DNA of 64,000 nt, taken from Eledone cirrhosa (Eukaryota). Of the stretch, positions 14,016-27,447 are shown in pieces. The stretch covers positions 141,174,001 to 141,238,000 of the forward strand of contig OZ024742.1 of NCBI GenBank assembly GCA_964016885.1. Direction: 5' to 3'. Each line of letters begins with the position of its first letter. The first letter of the stretch is position 1. A model generated the notes under the pieces. It did no database searches. It worked only from the letters and a program-made list of their open reading frames with translations, and was not told the DNA's origin. Both the position numbers and the translations under genes were made by a program.

Positions 14016-14081
14016 AAATGGGACCTTAAGAATATTATACACCTACGGTAGTAGGTGTATAATATTCTTAAGGTCCCATTT
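14016..14081. repeat. Perfect hairpin, 31-bp arms, GGTA loop
   Basis: aaatgggaccttaagaatattatacacctac-ggta-gtaggtgtataatattcttaaggtcccattt. Confidence 0.9.
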
Positions 14082-14961
14082 AAACTCAATAGCAGGCACG
14101 TTAACTTTTTAAGTTTTCTTTTTACTACTTATTAATTTTCTATTAATTAACGTAAAGTACAAGTATATATTTAGCAGTATCTAAGAAAAACAAAACTCTT
14201 TTAACATAGGCACACTTTTTTACAGAATATCATCCACTCCATCATGAACTTTGCAAACCGAATCTCTTGTAGTTATAGATATACCATATTAGGAAAAACT
14301 GAATGCTCAATTCTTAAACGTTTTTGTTAGTGTGTGTCCTATTTTTATCTACATCGCAAAGTTGACCTCGGCTGGAATAGAAATCTATGCGCAAAGTACC
14401 CCAAAAAATACTGTAAACGCCTTAACGGCTTTGTCAGTTTATTAATTTATTTACTCCGAAATATTGTAAATAGACGTCTCTTAGATAAACATACTATAAA
14501 AATAAGAACACATTCAATTGTTTGCAAGCTCGTCGGATAAAATGTAGCTTTGATTCAATTGGCCAGTCTACTTACGGACTGTGTCACGTTGAATTTATCT
14601 AAAAATTAGGTTATGGGTGCTGGAATGTTCAGTGACTAACACGTTAATTTCATGTGCTAGCTGTCATCTTGATCCCCACCGTCAAAACGAAGGAAATTTA
14701 TTCTTTCTATATGGGGCTCTGACTGACCAATCAGAGCCATTCCTTTTTCCGTTTTCTGTTTTCCGTTTTCCTTTTTCCGTTTTCTTTTCACATATTATTA
14801 ATTCATATTAGCCAATTGTATTTCACCATTGCTATTAACTTTTTTCTTACTGTTGGAAGGTGTACACGAGGAATAAGAGGGCGAAGAAGACAAGTTCACG
14901 GCATTTCTGACGAAAAGACTTTCTTTTTTAGTTTTCTCACCGACATAAATTAGTGAAGTAT

Positions 14962-15225
14962 TATTAATAATAATGGAAATATTGTGTACAGTGCTCAGGT
15001 GCACTACAACTCATCAGAAGTGTATGTACAGTACAAACGTCAGGAAAATGAACAGTGCATGAGTCATGATATACACATGTGTGCATGTGTATGGAAGGGG
15101 TACATCAGGTGTAGCTTTGGCGAATTTCGGGAAGCATGAGGGTTTTAAAGGATGCAGTGTCTCGGCAGCTAACTGACGCAGGCAGTTTGTTCCATGCTTC
15201 AGCAATTCTAAGCGTGAAAAAAAGT
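14962..15225 (-). mobile_element. CR1-like LINE 3'-end fragment
   Basis: Minus strand reads FFTLRIAEAWNKLP then a 3' UTR and (att)n tail; second copy at 24590-24820. Confidence 0.65.
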
Positions 15226-15524
15226 GTATATATATATATACTGCCTTAGCCACAGCATCGACTACCAGTTGATTGTTGTGCACTCTCAGTGATTAAATAT
15301 GTAGCTGAGTTGAATCAAGATTGCACTGCTTCTGTATATGAGCGTCTATCTACTTTATAGCTTCTGGCAAGTATATATGTGACACAACAAATTTTCCCAC
15401 CTGTAAAATTTTGTGAAGCTATTTTTCACCACCTTTAAGAAAGTTATTTCCCTGTAATGTATAAAGTGTTCACTCAAATTCTAGTTTCTTACTGTTACTT
15501 GAAAATACATGTACACCACATATA

Positions 15525-15525
<1 letters not shown>

Positions 15526-15576
<51 letters not shown>

Positions 15577-18500
15577 GTTTAACGTCCATATTCCACGCTT
15601 GCATGGGTTTGGACGGGAGTTTTTCCATTTGAGGCAAGATTGGTTGTCTTGCTCGCATAGGACTGTCTGGCGGGTTTTCTACAGCTGGATGCTCTTCCTA
15701 ACACCAACCACATTTACAGTGTGGGACTGGGAGGTTTTTACCGTGTTACCTACACGGCCACATTACAGCGTGGACTGTGTGTTTTTTTTTGTCGTGACAC
15801 CTACACGACCTCATTTGTTTCGGCCCGGATGTTGTGGCACTAACATAACTTTACATTGAAAGGGGCGGTGTGGATGAGGTGGTGGTGGTGGGACGGGGGT
15901 GTATTTTGTTAGAGGTGCCTACTGACTGTAGTAGGTTTTACTTTGTATTTAGGTAAGGCGGGTCTTCTCTATTACTGAGTACCGCCAAAGATCTCGGTCC
16001 AGTGACATTGTCTTGGAGAGGTGTAAGTGTGTGAGGTCGGAATTTATCAAGTCGTCCCAGGTTTTTCTGGGTCTGCCTACTCCGTGGCTACCGTCTATTT
16101 TTATTGCCCTGCACTTTTTTATACAGCTGTCGTCTTTCATGCGCATCACGTGACCATACCAACGTAGCCTTCTCTCGAGTAAACAACATCTGATCCCTCT
16201 TATTTCTAATTTTTCCCTTAGTTCGTTAATGCTTTGCCGTTCACGTATATTACTATGACACATCCAGCGGAGCATGCAAGCTTCGTTCCTCTCCAGTCTG
16301 CGTATATCCTCTGCACACAATGCCCAGGTCTCACTGCCATGTAACATTGCTGTTCGTATGCAGGCATCATACAGGCTGCCTTCATTTTTAGAGAGAACCC
16401 TTTAGCGGCTAATAGTGGTATAAGCTCTCTGAACTTTTTCCATCCAGTTCTGACTCTAGCTACTGTACTTTCAGAGCACCCTCCCCCACTGCTGATTTTG
16501 TCGCCCAGGTAACGGAAGCTGTCCACTATTTCTATAGAACCCTCTGCACAATTGAAAGAGCTAGTATTTTGTGGGCACTTGCTGCTACTTATTGCACCAA
16601 GCACCGGCCACATGTAAAATCTATATTCTTAGTTAGCTTACCTGTGATCCCACTACATCTTTTATGCACCCATACTTTGCATTTGGGACATAAAATGGAG
16701 TTTCTACCTACGCCTTTCCTACACACTGAGCATGGCCATTTCCCGGAAGGGACCAGTGCCCTATTTTCTTTCCTACAAACTAGAACTTTAGTCTTAGCCA
16801 GGTTAATTTTAAGGCCTTTTGATTCTAGGCCGTGCTTCCATGTTTGGAATTTCTTCTCTAGCTCGGCCATTGATTCAGCTATGAGCGTTAGATCATCTGC
16901 GTATAGGAGTTCCCATGGGCAGCCGGTCTTGAACTCCACTGTTATAACCTGAAGGGCAATAATAAATAGTAGGGGGCTAAGAACGGAGCCCTGATGAACA
17001 CCAACTTTTACGCTAAACTCTTCACTATATTCGTTGTTAATTCTAACCTTTCTGACTGTTTCTTTATACATAGCTTGTATAGCTCTCACAAGCCATTCAT
17101 CAACACCTAGTTTTCTAAGAGCCCACCAGATATTGGAACGGAGGACTCTGTCGAAGGCTTTCTCCAAGTCGACAAAAGCTAAGTATAGGGGTTTACTTTT
17201 AGCTAGGTACTTCTCCTGTAGTTGTCGTACAATGAAAAGAGCGTCTGTGGTACTTTTGCCTGACACAAACCCGAACTGCATTTCATCTAGATCAATTCTC
17301 TCTCTGATTAGTTGCGCTATTACTTTTTCCGTGACCTTCATGACCTGGTCGATTAATTTAATGCCTCTATAGTTACTCCTATCTAGGGCATCTCCTTTAC
17401 CCTTGTAACAGTTAATGATGATGCTGAACAACCCCATTCTGTATGACTTGGTTTACTATCCGGGTGACCATGGTGTGTCCCACCGTTCCAGAGACTTTCA
17501 GCATCTCAGCAACTATTTCCGAAGGCCCAGCCGCCTTACCCGTCTTCATATCTTTGATTACCTTACTTATTATACTACCTTCGACTAACACTGCTGGTCC
17601 CTCTATTGGGTCGATGTGGGGGAGACTGTCTTTCTCCCATTTATTCTCCTTATTTAGTAGCCTTTCGTAGTGACACTTCCAAGCTACCTTCTTATCAGCG
17701 TCAGTGATGGCAAGTACGCCGTCATCATTAAGTACACACTTCTCCCCGACAATATCACGGTTTTCCTTGACACATTGCCTAGCAATCCTGAACACCTCAC
17801 GTTTTTGGTCCTCACGTTGTAGAACATGATTGAACTTTCTTTCCTCTGCTTCCCTTCTTGCGAAGTACACTTGTCTCCTAGCTTCCCTCCTGGCCACTTG
17901 ATAGTCTTCTCTACTTCCCCCATCCCGCCATACTTTCCAAGCCTGCTTTTTGGCCTTAATTGACTCCTCCACCTTACTGTTCCACCACCATGTTACTCTC
18001 CTCCTGCCTATAGGCCTGCTCCAGCCACAGACTTCGTCTGCCGCCATCAGCAGGTTTGCTTTCAGGAATTCCCACTGTTCCTCTATATTGTACGACTCTA
18101 AATGCTCTTCCTTACTGTCGAAAGCATCAAGTAATATGCTTTTAAATTTATTTCTGGCTGTGGGGTCCTTTAGCTTCCATATTTTTCTCCTGAGGATAGT
18201 CCTCTTCTGCTGTCGAGTACGTCTCGTCCTGACTATGAGGTCGCTAATTATCAGTCTATGTTGGGAGGTGCATTCTTCATGGGAGAGGGATTTAGTGTTT
18301 ACAACAGACACTCTGTCACGTCTTCTGGTAAGGATATAATCTACCTGGCTGGTATGTTCCCCTGATCTGTAGGTGATCAAGTGATTGTCTCGTTTTTTGA
18401 AGTTAGTGTTACAGATAGTTAGCTTATTTGCGTCACAGAATTCCAGGATTCTGGAGCCTTCTTCATTTCTAGTACCAAACCCATAGCCTTCGTGGATTCC

Positions 18501-19128
18501 ATCATAGCCGTCACAATGTTGTCCAACGTGACTATTTAGGTCGCCAGCAATAATTATATATTCACTGTCGGTTATTTGGGAGGTAGTGAGCATCAGTATC
18601 TCATAGAAACTGTCTTTTATAGCGCCAGGCAGTCCGGATTGGGGCGCGTACGCAGATATTATCGTCACAGTAGTTCTATTTAGAACAAGTCTTATTTTAA
18701 TTATTCTGTCATTTACTCTATTTACGTCTATTATCTTATCTACCCATTTTTCTGCTAACATGATTCCTACCCCACCCAGCCCATTGTCATTTCCCACCCA
18801 GAAAAGCTTATAGCATCGTTTTTTACCCACAATGAATCTAGCAGACCCGCCCCTCCACCTGGTCTCTTGGATACAGCAAACATCAACCTCCTTACGTTCA
18901 AGAATTTCTACAACCTCGTTAGAGCGGCCTTTTAAGGTGCCTACATTCATAGTACCAACTCTGAAGTTTTGGATTGCGTTTGGTGGGTGGGGTGCAGGGA
19001 GGGGTGAGGTGGATGGGGTTGGGGTTATGTTGGCCATCCGCGGCCGCAACAAAGAGGGGGGAGGGGCCTTGCCCTTTCGTCCGGCAGCATGAGGCGAATT
19101 TGTCGTTATCTTTGGCATTGTCTTCGGA
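15526..19128 (-). mobile_element. Near full-length RTE-clade LINE (APE endonuclease + RT), about 3 frameshifts
   Basis: GTMNVGTL, CCIQETRW, IIAGDLNSH, QVDYIL (APE); YRGIKLI, AFVDLEKAFDRV, GVHQGSVLSPLLF, LLYADD (RT); RRLRWYGHVMRM, GRPRKTW; (GAT)n tail at 15526-15576. Confidence 0.95.
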
Positions 19129-19738
19129 TATATATATATTTACATGCAACCCATACATAAATCATATGCATTTAGCATTAATTACCAAAATACCTAATGA
19201 AGAGTTTGAAACAGGGTTTACCTTTCTCATCTGGCCTGGGCCTATTACTAGCTTTTTATTTATTATCACTTTCTTACACATTTTCCAGTACTCTGTGAAG
19301 TTAATGAGTCTTATTGCCTTATAGATAATGACCATAGTAATTTAATTTGAAGGTGAGCACTTTTTGAAGTATTCGCTGCATCGATAGAGAATATAACCCA
19401 ATTAGATATAACCCCACTGATTTCGATACCTTTATCTACCCCGGTTGATTTTGTATCTAACTCCACGTAACCGACTGCTATATTACCTTTTTTGACACCA
19501 CACGAAGACGGCAGTGGTCACAAAAACAAACATACTTGTGACGGAAAAGAACTGAAATAAAACTACGCATATTTTCTTTATATGGCTGTATGATTCAAGT
19601 GAGCATATTTTTTTACGTCACACCACTTGGGGGAAAATACAAAGTTTTTTGAAATATGATACGTTGATATCGAGGTTTTATTGTTTTTAATAAGAAATTG
19701 AAGCGTAAACACATAAATGACATTTATTTTCTGATACA

Positions 19739-22700
19739 CTATGGTGAATTATTGTTGATTAGTTCCATCTCCACAGCTAATTGCTTCGTTTTTTCCCTTT
19801 TTTTGTTAATATGAATATGTATGACTGGGTGTAAGAAGAAATATCCCAAAGAAGAGCCAATAATGATGCTGATTAAAATCCAGGAATTGTAAGACATGGA
19901 ACATAACATTAGAAACAACCCGGTTCCTGTCTGTAGCATATGTAGACATGTTTGCCATAAACGGGTTTCCATATTCTGCAGGAAAACCTTTTTTGAAAAT
20001 GTGCTGTAAAATAGAAAAAAAACAAAGATAAAATCATTAATCTATCTAATGACGGTGCTCCAGCATGGGCACAGCCAATAGACTAAAAATATGACTAAAA
20101 GAAGAATCATTAGCTAACGATAACTGAAACAATGCTGGATCGATTTCCTGTTGTAGTTAATTCACTTATTCAAAATTACTTTTTGAAAGCTATGAACGTC
20201 AGAGCTCTCGTTTGCCCACCCAACTGATTGTCTGTCTGTCTGTCCCCTTGCCTTGACTTGCCTTGCCTGTCTGTCGTCAATACATAAAATATGTATGTGG
20301 TCATGCAACCCCACCCATACTACACAGCAGCTTATTATTTTGTGAACGCCCACAGAAAAACGACGTCTGCTGTACATGTTCAGGGTCACAATATATTATA
20401 GGTAGTTGCTTTGCATTTAATGTGGAGGCAGCAGTGGCGAATAATTAAGAAATTAGCTTCGCAATTATTCGGTCCCAGGTTCAATCCCACTGCGTGGCAT
20501 GTTGGGCAAGTGTCAACCCATGTCTTGTGAGGGAATCTGGGTAGACAGAAATTGTTGGAAGCCCGTCGGCTGGATTGTACCCGTAATTCAAAGAGCCAGC
20601 CTTGTCACACACTGTGTCACGCTGTATCTCCATGGGAATTACATTAATGGTGCACGTGTCTGTAGAATGCTCAGTCACATACACGTTAAGTTCATGAGCA
20701 GATGGTTCTGTTGATCTAACAACCAGAAAACGCATCGTCGAAACCGTTGGAGCTCCATTCCATGTCAATATTATTTGACTGATGAACGAAGGATAAATAC
20801 ATATAGTTGAGTAACAGGATTAAGTTTAATTATTCTTTTACTACTTTTAGTCATTTGTTTGCGGCTGGAACTCCACCTTGAAAGGATTTAGTTAACCCAA
20901 ATGTATAGTAGAAGACATTTTCCTAAGGTGTCACCTAGTTTTGAGTTCGATCTTACGGCGCAGCATCTAGGTCGAAAGTGTCATCTACGAAAGACTCAGA
21001 AAGACCAAAGCTTTGTGAATGAAATTTAGTAGACGGAAACCTAGTTTAACACCAGACCAGTGCTTGGCCTTTTGCAAGAATTCTAGTCAAGTATCTAGCA
21101 TAAGGATAACTTCTTTCTAGTAGTTACGGCTTTCCTGCTCTGTCGAAGACAAAAAAACATTAAATGAAACCTTTCTTACCATTTTCTCTTGCTATGGAGA
21201 TTTTTAGGCAAACAACGCACATATTTGAAAGCTTCAAGTAGTACTGCAGCGAATGTTGTCGTTAATAGCGCCAGTATTAAACCTGTGGGAGTAAATTATC
21301 AGAAATAAATCACAGACATTTTGAATAATGTTAGTGAGTCCCGTAAACAATAGGAAGGTTCTTGGCGAGCAGGTTTCGCTATATGGTTCTAATACCGACC
21401 AAAAGACGTCACTGCATCCCAGTCTCTTTCCACCCAGAAGTACGCATCGAACGGGATTGGGAAGATTTTTTTCTGTCTAAGATTTGCTGCTCCGGTTGAA
21501 CCCCCTCCCCATTTCTCTCTACATGGAAGTCTAGACTAAAATGCCTTTGCATTTATAACGGCGGCGAAGATTCGAAACCGAATCTGAGCTTTCCCGCCTC
21601 TGGGACAAGCTGTGGTAACTTGTTTACGCTCAAGAGACTAACCTCTTGGGAGAGGCTAAACATAGGTCAGAGGTGTTTACGCCTGACAGAAAATAGGTCA
21701 GAGGATATATCCATCTTTCTGACTTGTTTACGCTTGGCAAACTAATCCCTTGGAAGACTAACCAAAGTTCAGAGGATATATCTATCCTTCTAACTTCAAC
21801 TTTTATAAATACAGGGGTTGTTTACGCCCCGACAGAAAAGAAGTGATATACAGACAAGACAAGTCGCATTTACAAGCTCTCGTCACGAAAAACCAGTCTG
21901 CCACTTATTCTCACCTTCCTGGCTGATCGCTGACTCCTGCAATACAAATAAGTAAATATACTGATACGCACACACGCATTCATAGTGTGTTCAGTGTTTT
22001 TACATGCACCATTCATTTCTGTTTACACATATTGTACCTTTCTGATACAGTACAAATTATATTATAATCGTATTCTGTGATACTTGAATTTACGTGGCTC
22101 GAAGAGCCACCAAATTATAGTATGAATATTTTGTGTTATTGATTTTATCATTCAATATTCAAATTGAATATTGTTATAATAAAATAAACCTTGTAACAAC
22201 ACAAACCTGGTATTTTTCTTTACATCGAAACCACCATACCAACAGTTACATCCATATTCTGTTACACATTTTATCACAAAATGATCCGGTTGTAGAGTAT
22301 GGTTTGATAGGCAGGTCCAACTCTCACATATAATCCTACAGTTACAATTCCTTCATCCCTTCCTCCCACCAGTTATGGGGGCCCTTTAAAAGATCAAGGG
22401 CGCCACTCTTCCTCGCGTGAGAAGCTATTAAATGCATACACACATACACGCACACACACACAGTCGATACTCATTTTATAGACCTGACAGATCAAGTACT
22501 TGGCTAGTACTTTATTTTATCAACTCTCGAATGGAGTAAAGACGAAGTAAATCTCAACGGGATTTGAACACAGAACTTGAAGGGTCCGAAATAAATATTG
22601 CAAAATATTTAGTCTAGCATTCTATCATTTCTGCTTTTAAATCACTTTTATAATCGCACATAACGATAATTTTCAAGCTTACCTAAAACCGTATTAATGT

Positions 22701-22749
22701 GCCAGCCACAAAAAAGAAAATCTCCCGATATATGTGATGAAAACGTAAC
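19739..22749 (-). CDS. Ctr-family copper transporter (SLC31A; CTR2-like). Exons 22749-22683, 21282-21180, 20003-19739; start exon not located
   Basis: GT-AG junctions splice in frame to VTFSSHISGDFLFCGWHINTVLGLILALLTTTFAAVLLEAFK...RLWQTCLHMLQTGTGLFLMLCSMSYNSWILISIIIGSSLGYFFL...NNNSP*; has LFxxW, TM2 MxxxM plus YN, and TM3 GxxxG. Confidence 0.9.
20424..20765 (+). mobile_element. Second tRNA-derived SINE family
   Basis: ggttcaatccc B box, ttgggcaagtgtc core, aagagccagccttgtcaca segment; related copies near 55720-55990 and 59480-59690. Confidence 0.65.
21611..22201 (+). mobile_element. Possible solo LTR in a Ctr intron
   Basis: TGTGG...CAACA termini, internal tgtttacgc repeats, TATA and AATAAA motifs, flanks caagc/caaac. 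Confidence 0.4.
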
Positions 22750-22793
22750 CTAAAAAAAGAAAACAAAAGAAGCCGTTAGATTTATATTAGAGA

Positions 22794-22904
22794 CTAGCTG
22801 AGTTACCCGGCATCGCTCGGGTGAACAGTGAAGAGAAGACGGATAAAAGAGAAAACGACTGTATTAGATGTGTTGTCTGGTTTACAGTATGATGTGAGAC
22901 CGTA

Positions 22905-22978
<74 letters not shown>

Positions 22979-23194
22979 CATAAAAACACAATCATAAAAC
23001 TTCCTTATAAGGCTGGGAGAGTAAACTGCTGATTAAATGGTAGCATTGGCTTTGGATTTTAAATGTGAAATAACCATAGTCGATATGATCTTTTTCTGCT
23101 CTAAAGGACGTAATCCGAAACACAGCAATATACCGTATAACATTGCTTCTGAAGTGTTTAGCTTCGTTAGTATGGTCTGTAAGCAGTATATAGA
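22794..23194 (-). mobile_element. Non-autonomous Helitron carrying a (CA)n tract
   Basis: Minus strand A|TCTATATAC ... ACCCGAGCGATGCCGGGT hairpin, AACTCAG, CTAG|T. Confidence 0.65.
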
Positions 23195-23871
23195 TAAAAG
23201 CTGGAGGGTACTCTATCAGTGGAAGTCTAGTTGATATAAAATGCTCGGATCTATTCATTGGAATCTTTGAGCATATTCTGCAGTGGATATGGCGCATGTC
23301 TCTCAGACATGACACCCTTAATTTAATTTTGGATATATAAACGGCCCCTTAATTGTAGAGCTAACTCAGTTGAATGGACTCGGCTGCTATTTCTAGCTGT
23401 CGATAATCCTATTCCCGCCACTGGGATGACGCTGGTACGATGTGTGTATTTAAAAAAAAATACAACACGTGCTACGAATCATTCACAGATTTGCATTTGC
23501 TGTGTAAACACAGATAGTTGGATCTTCTCCTTTGGTGAACATCCGGATTTTGACTACTGGGATTTACCGATTGATGGTGAAATATATTTCTTTATTTAAT
23601 GAAATATATACAAAGGACATTAATCATTTTAAAATGCATCTATATTTGAAGTTCTAGTTAAACTTTAATTAGTTACCTACCTAGCTTTGTGTGCTTACAC
23701 ACTTTACAAATTATTCCCTGTGATTGTTTCATATGTTTATCTTTTATATTATATATAGATATAGTTAAAAAAACGGTGAAACCTATTTTAAAAACAAATA
23801 AGGCAGTAAATTTCATGCAAACTTTTCCTGGAAAAAAATGCACTTTTCAGATGTTTCATTTCATTATTGGT

Positions 23872-24058
23872 TGATTGGCAGTATCGGTAGAGGGTCGGAC
23901 GCCATGTTTTGCAGCAAAGAGTTACGTCCCTATATGGTCTGAGTTCAAATCCTGCCAAGGTTAACTTTGTCTTTCATCCTTACAGGGTCGATAAAATTAA
24001 GTACCAGTAATACACTGGGATAATTGCTGGCATTGTGCCAAAAGTAGAAGCAATTATT
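23872..24058 (+). mobile_element. tRNA-derived SINE
   Basis: Same family as 4961-5324. Confidence 0.85.
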
Positions 24059-24587
24059 ACAGCTGAAAATGTATCCCAATTGAAATAAGAACTACGAATT
24101 GAAAGGAGCTTTGTTAGAAAGTAATGGCATAAAGACGTTAAATATTGAGGTCACTTTAAATAATAAGCGGTTTTGATAGCAATTTGAATGAATTGTATAG
24201 CAAGATAACATTTTGAATTTACATTTATACTCAAATGTATTTATGATACCACTCCTAGCCATCTGAATATAATTGTTGTTGACACTTCGTATGTTATAGA
24301 AAGGAATAGCTATAGAAAAGCACAAAAGCTGTCAAAAAATTTAGAACTCATGGCATCTAGGCCTATGTTTGTTGCCTATTTATATTGCATAAACTAGAAT
24401 CTATATTGCTAAATAATATATCAATATTAATAACCATTACTGATTGTTGGTCAAGCTAAAAATGTCACGCTACCTTATATGAATTGAATCCTTATGTTAT
24501 ATTTGTAATTAAATGATAATTAAATTAGTATTATTTTTACTGATACCTTATTTATTGCAAATATACAGATGAGAAACTTATCTTATT

Positions 24588-24624
<37 letters not shown>

Positions 24625-25046
24625 AATTATTGTGTACAGGGCTCAAGTGCACTACAAGATATAACACAGATACATGCGTGAGTATGGAGGCGGAATATCA
24701 AGTGTAGTGTTGGCGAATTTCGAGGAGCATGGAGGTTTTGAAGGATGCAGTGTCCCGACAGCTTAACAACCGATGCAGGTAGTTTGTTCTATGCTTCAGC
24801 AACTCTGAGCGTAAAAAAATGTTTTATTTCATTTAACAATTATTTTAATTCTAAACAAACTGTTGCGATTTGTCATGAATTTTATATTCTACGTTTTCTC
24901 GTGGAACACTAATGTACCTAGTATTTAAGTATTGCAAAACTTTCCCGTGAACAATTTCTGTCTGAAGATGAGATATTTGCTGTAAGAAACATATTCATCA
25001 ATATTTGTTCGAGTATGCTCCTTGTAGAAAACTTTTATTATATATA

Positions 25047-26100
25047 CTAGCAGAAAAACCACCGTCGGGTGTTTTTCTGCTAGTATGTGTAGTCTGTATA
25101 TTGATATTATACGCAAGTATATATGCATGTAGATATGATACATCAAATAAAATCGTAATTGACAATATACACAGAAATTGAACGAAGACTGTTACACTGT
25201 CTTATGTAATCAGTAACGTAATCCATGATACATTAAAAAAAGACGATATTATATATAAACTGCATTAGGAGAAAATTAGTGACTGAAATATATGAATATT
25301 TATTTAAACGATCACTAACCGGAAGTGTTGACATTTGAACATTTTAAAGAAGTGAATCTTTAAATAAGTAATAAAATATATTTAATGAACAGCCACGAAA
25401 TTTAGTAGATAAATTATGTAATATTCATTCATTATTTATTCAAAGTAATCCAACTTATTTTACTAAGGGGATAAAAAATTATAAACCGTTCGCAGTCCCG
25501 CGCTTCTTACTTTATTATAGTTTAGATTATTCTCCATGCATAGTGCATTAGAATACACATTTCCACAAGAACCGTGCATAATGCGTTTCTGAACGGTTTT
25601 GTAAAGTATTTGCTCGGTATATGGATCAAGTAGTTTTGCTCACACTAGTTTGTCTATTTTGCCTGGGTCATTAAATTTATCTTCTTCGTTGAAGATAATC
25701 AGAATACGAGGAGGAGTTAATCAGTTTTGGTAACTCGATAGAATAGCAATATGCCATAACATAACACAATATTATTTTCCAGGTTATGGGCCAGTAATTG
25801 TTGCAATTTTGTCTTAAACACCATTGCCACAATATTCACTTTGTCTGAAGGGAGTTCTCCAAGAAATAGAATTATCTCTAATTACTCGCTAGGAAAGATT
25901 GCATGTCATAATAATATATAAATCTGGTTTTCCAAATGTTCTCATAATAACCATAGCATCAAAGTAGAGCTCTTTCATGTTCCTTCGGGACCCTTGAAAT
26001 GATGATGGCAAAACTGTACATTCAAGACGAATTCTTGCATCACTGACAACAATAGTTTGACGATTGGATAACCTTTGTTACGCCTTTACTTCAAAGAATC
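25047..26100 (-). mobile_element. Internally deleted Helitron with Rep (HUH) domain remnant
   Basis: About 26030-25555 translates VLPSSFQGSRRNMKELYFDAMVIMRTFGKPDLYIIMTCN...YSIE...IDKLV...MHGSCG; CTAG end with hairpin at 25047-25084. Confidence 0.8.
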
Positions 26101-26535
26101 GACAAATCGTTGCTGAAATAATTTTCAGTGGGCTGTTGCTTGTTAGTGGTTACTGCTATTTAGACAGCCTTGTAGTGCAACATGCGATACGGACAATAAC
26201 ACATCTTTTGTGAGGGTTCGCGTGTATGCATATATATATATGTATATATGTATATATATATATATATGTATATATGTATATATATATATATGTATATGTA
26301 TATATGTATATATATATATGTATATATAGAGCAAACAGCACGGACACTCTATCTCAAAATTATTTTTGAAAAGCATTTAAAAATGCGCAACCGGTAAACA
26401 CTTAAAAACTTAAAACCACAACTGAATACTAACACATACAATCACTAATACTCTTTTATTCCTAATTAAACCATTTTTCAACTGTGAACAATTTGTCAGA
26501 ATTTTCTATTCTGTTTACCAATATGTATATATGTA

Positions 26536-26566
<31 letters not shown>

Positions 26567-26780
26567 ATATATATATATGTATATGTATATATGTATATAT
26601 GTATATATGTATATATATAAATTATTAAAAAAATAATGAATAAACATTTTGAATGCATCTCTTCTTTTCATGATATCCTGATTACATTGAGTTCTTCATA
26701 CGGATTGGACACAACCGTAAACTTTTGGTAGATTTATCTACATATGTATATATATATGTATATATGTATATATATATGTA

Positions 26781-26863
<83 letters not shown>

Positions 26864-26933
26864 AACAACGAACAGCGGAGGACACGTTTCGCACCTTTCC
26901 GACAGACAACCTTTCCCCCACCCCGGAAAATAC

Positions 26934-26969
26934 CCCCAGTTGATGGATGTGAATCCGAAATATATAGGG
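26934..26969 (+). ncRNA. Degenerate hammerhead ribozyme motif
   Basis: CCC CAGTTGA T GGAT-GTGA-ATCC GAAA TATA TA GGG; two core changes. Confidence 0.4.
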
Positions 26970-27217
26970 ACAATTAAATCTCTCCCACGGTAACTCTCTC
27001 TCGTGTTTTTATTTTTATTTTTATCCTTTACGCTCTATCCTTCATTCCTCTACACGTCTTATACACGCCACGTATCTCAACGTACACCCACTTACATCTT
27101 TCTCTCTACCACCGGATCCTGTTACCCGGAGATTTACCCATCTGCATTGTCGAGGCTTCCAAACGATTTAAAGAAATTTACCTTATTATTCCACAATGCT
27201 TCAAGCAAACTTCAAAA

Positions 27218-27251
<34 letters not shown>

Positions 27252-27373
27252 CTTAGGGTAAATATTGATGCAATTCAATTCAAGCACTCAACGTACTTTT
27301 TCCACATAGGAGTGACGGAGTAAATATCGAATAAGTAAAAGCGAAGTAGTTTCAGATGTTCAAGTCCTTTAAT

Positions 27374-27447
27374 GCTGTGATATATATTTCAATGACGACA
27401 CTGGCCACACTGTTCTGTGTGCGAATGTCGTGACATCATCAGACAGC
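27374..27447 (-). ncRNA. Type I hammerhead ribozyme
   Basis: Reverse complement of the 28411 motif. Confidence 0.8.

Noticed and set aside
17034-18339. Plus-strand ORFs over the RTE
   Set aside because: Antisense shadows of the LINE ORF
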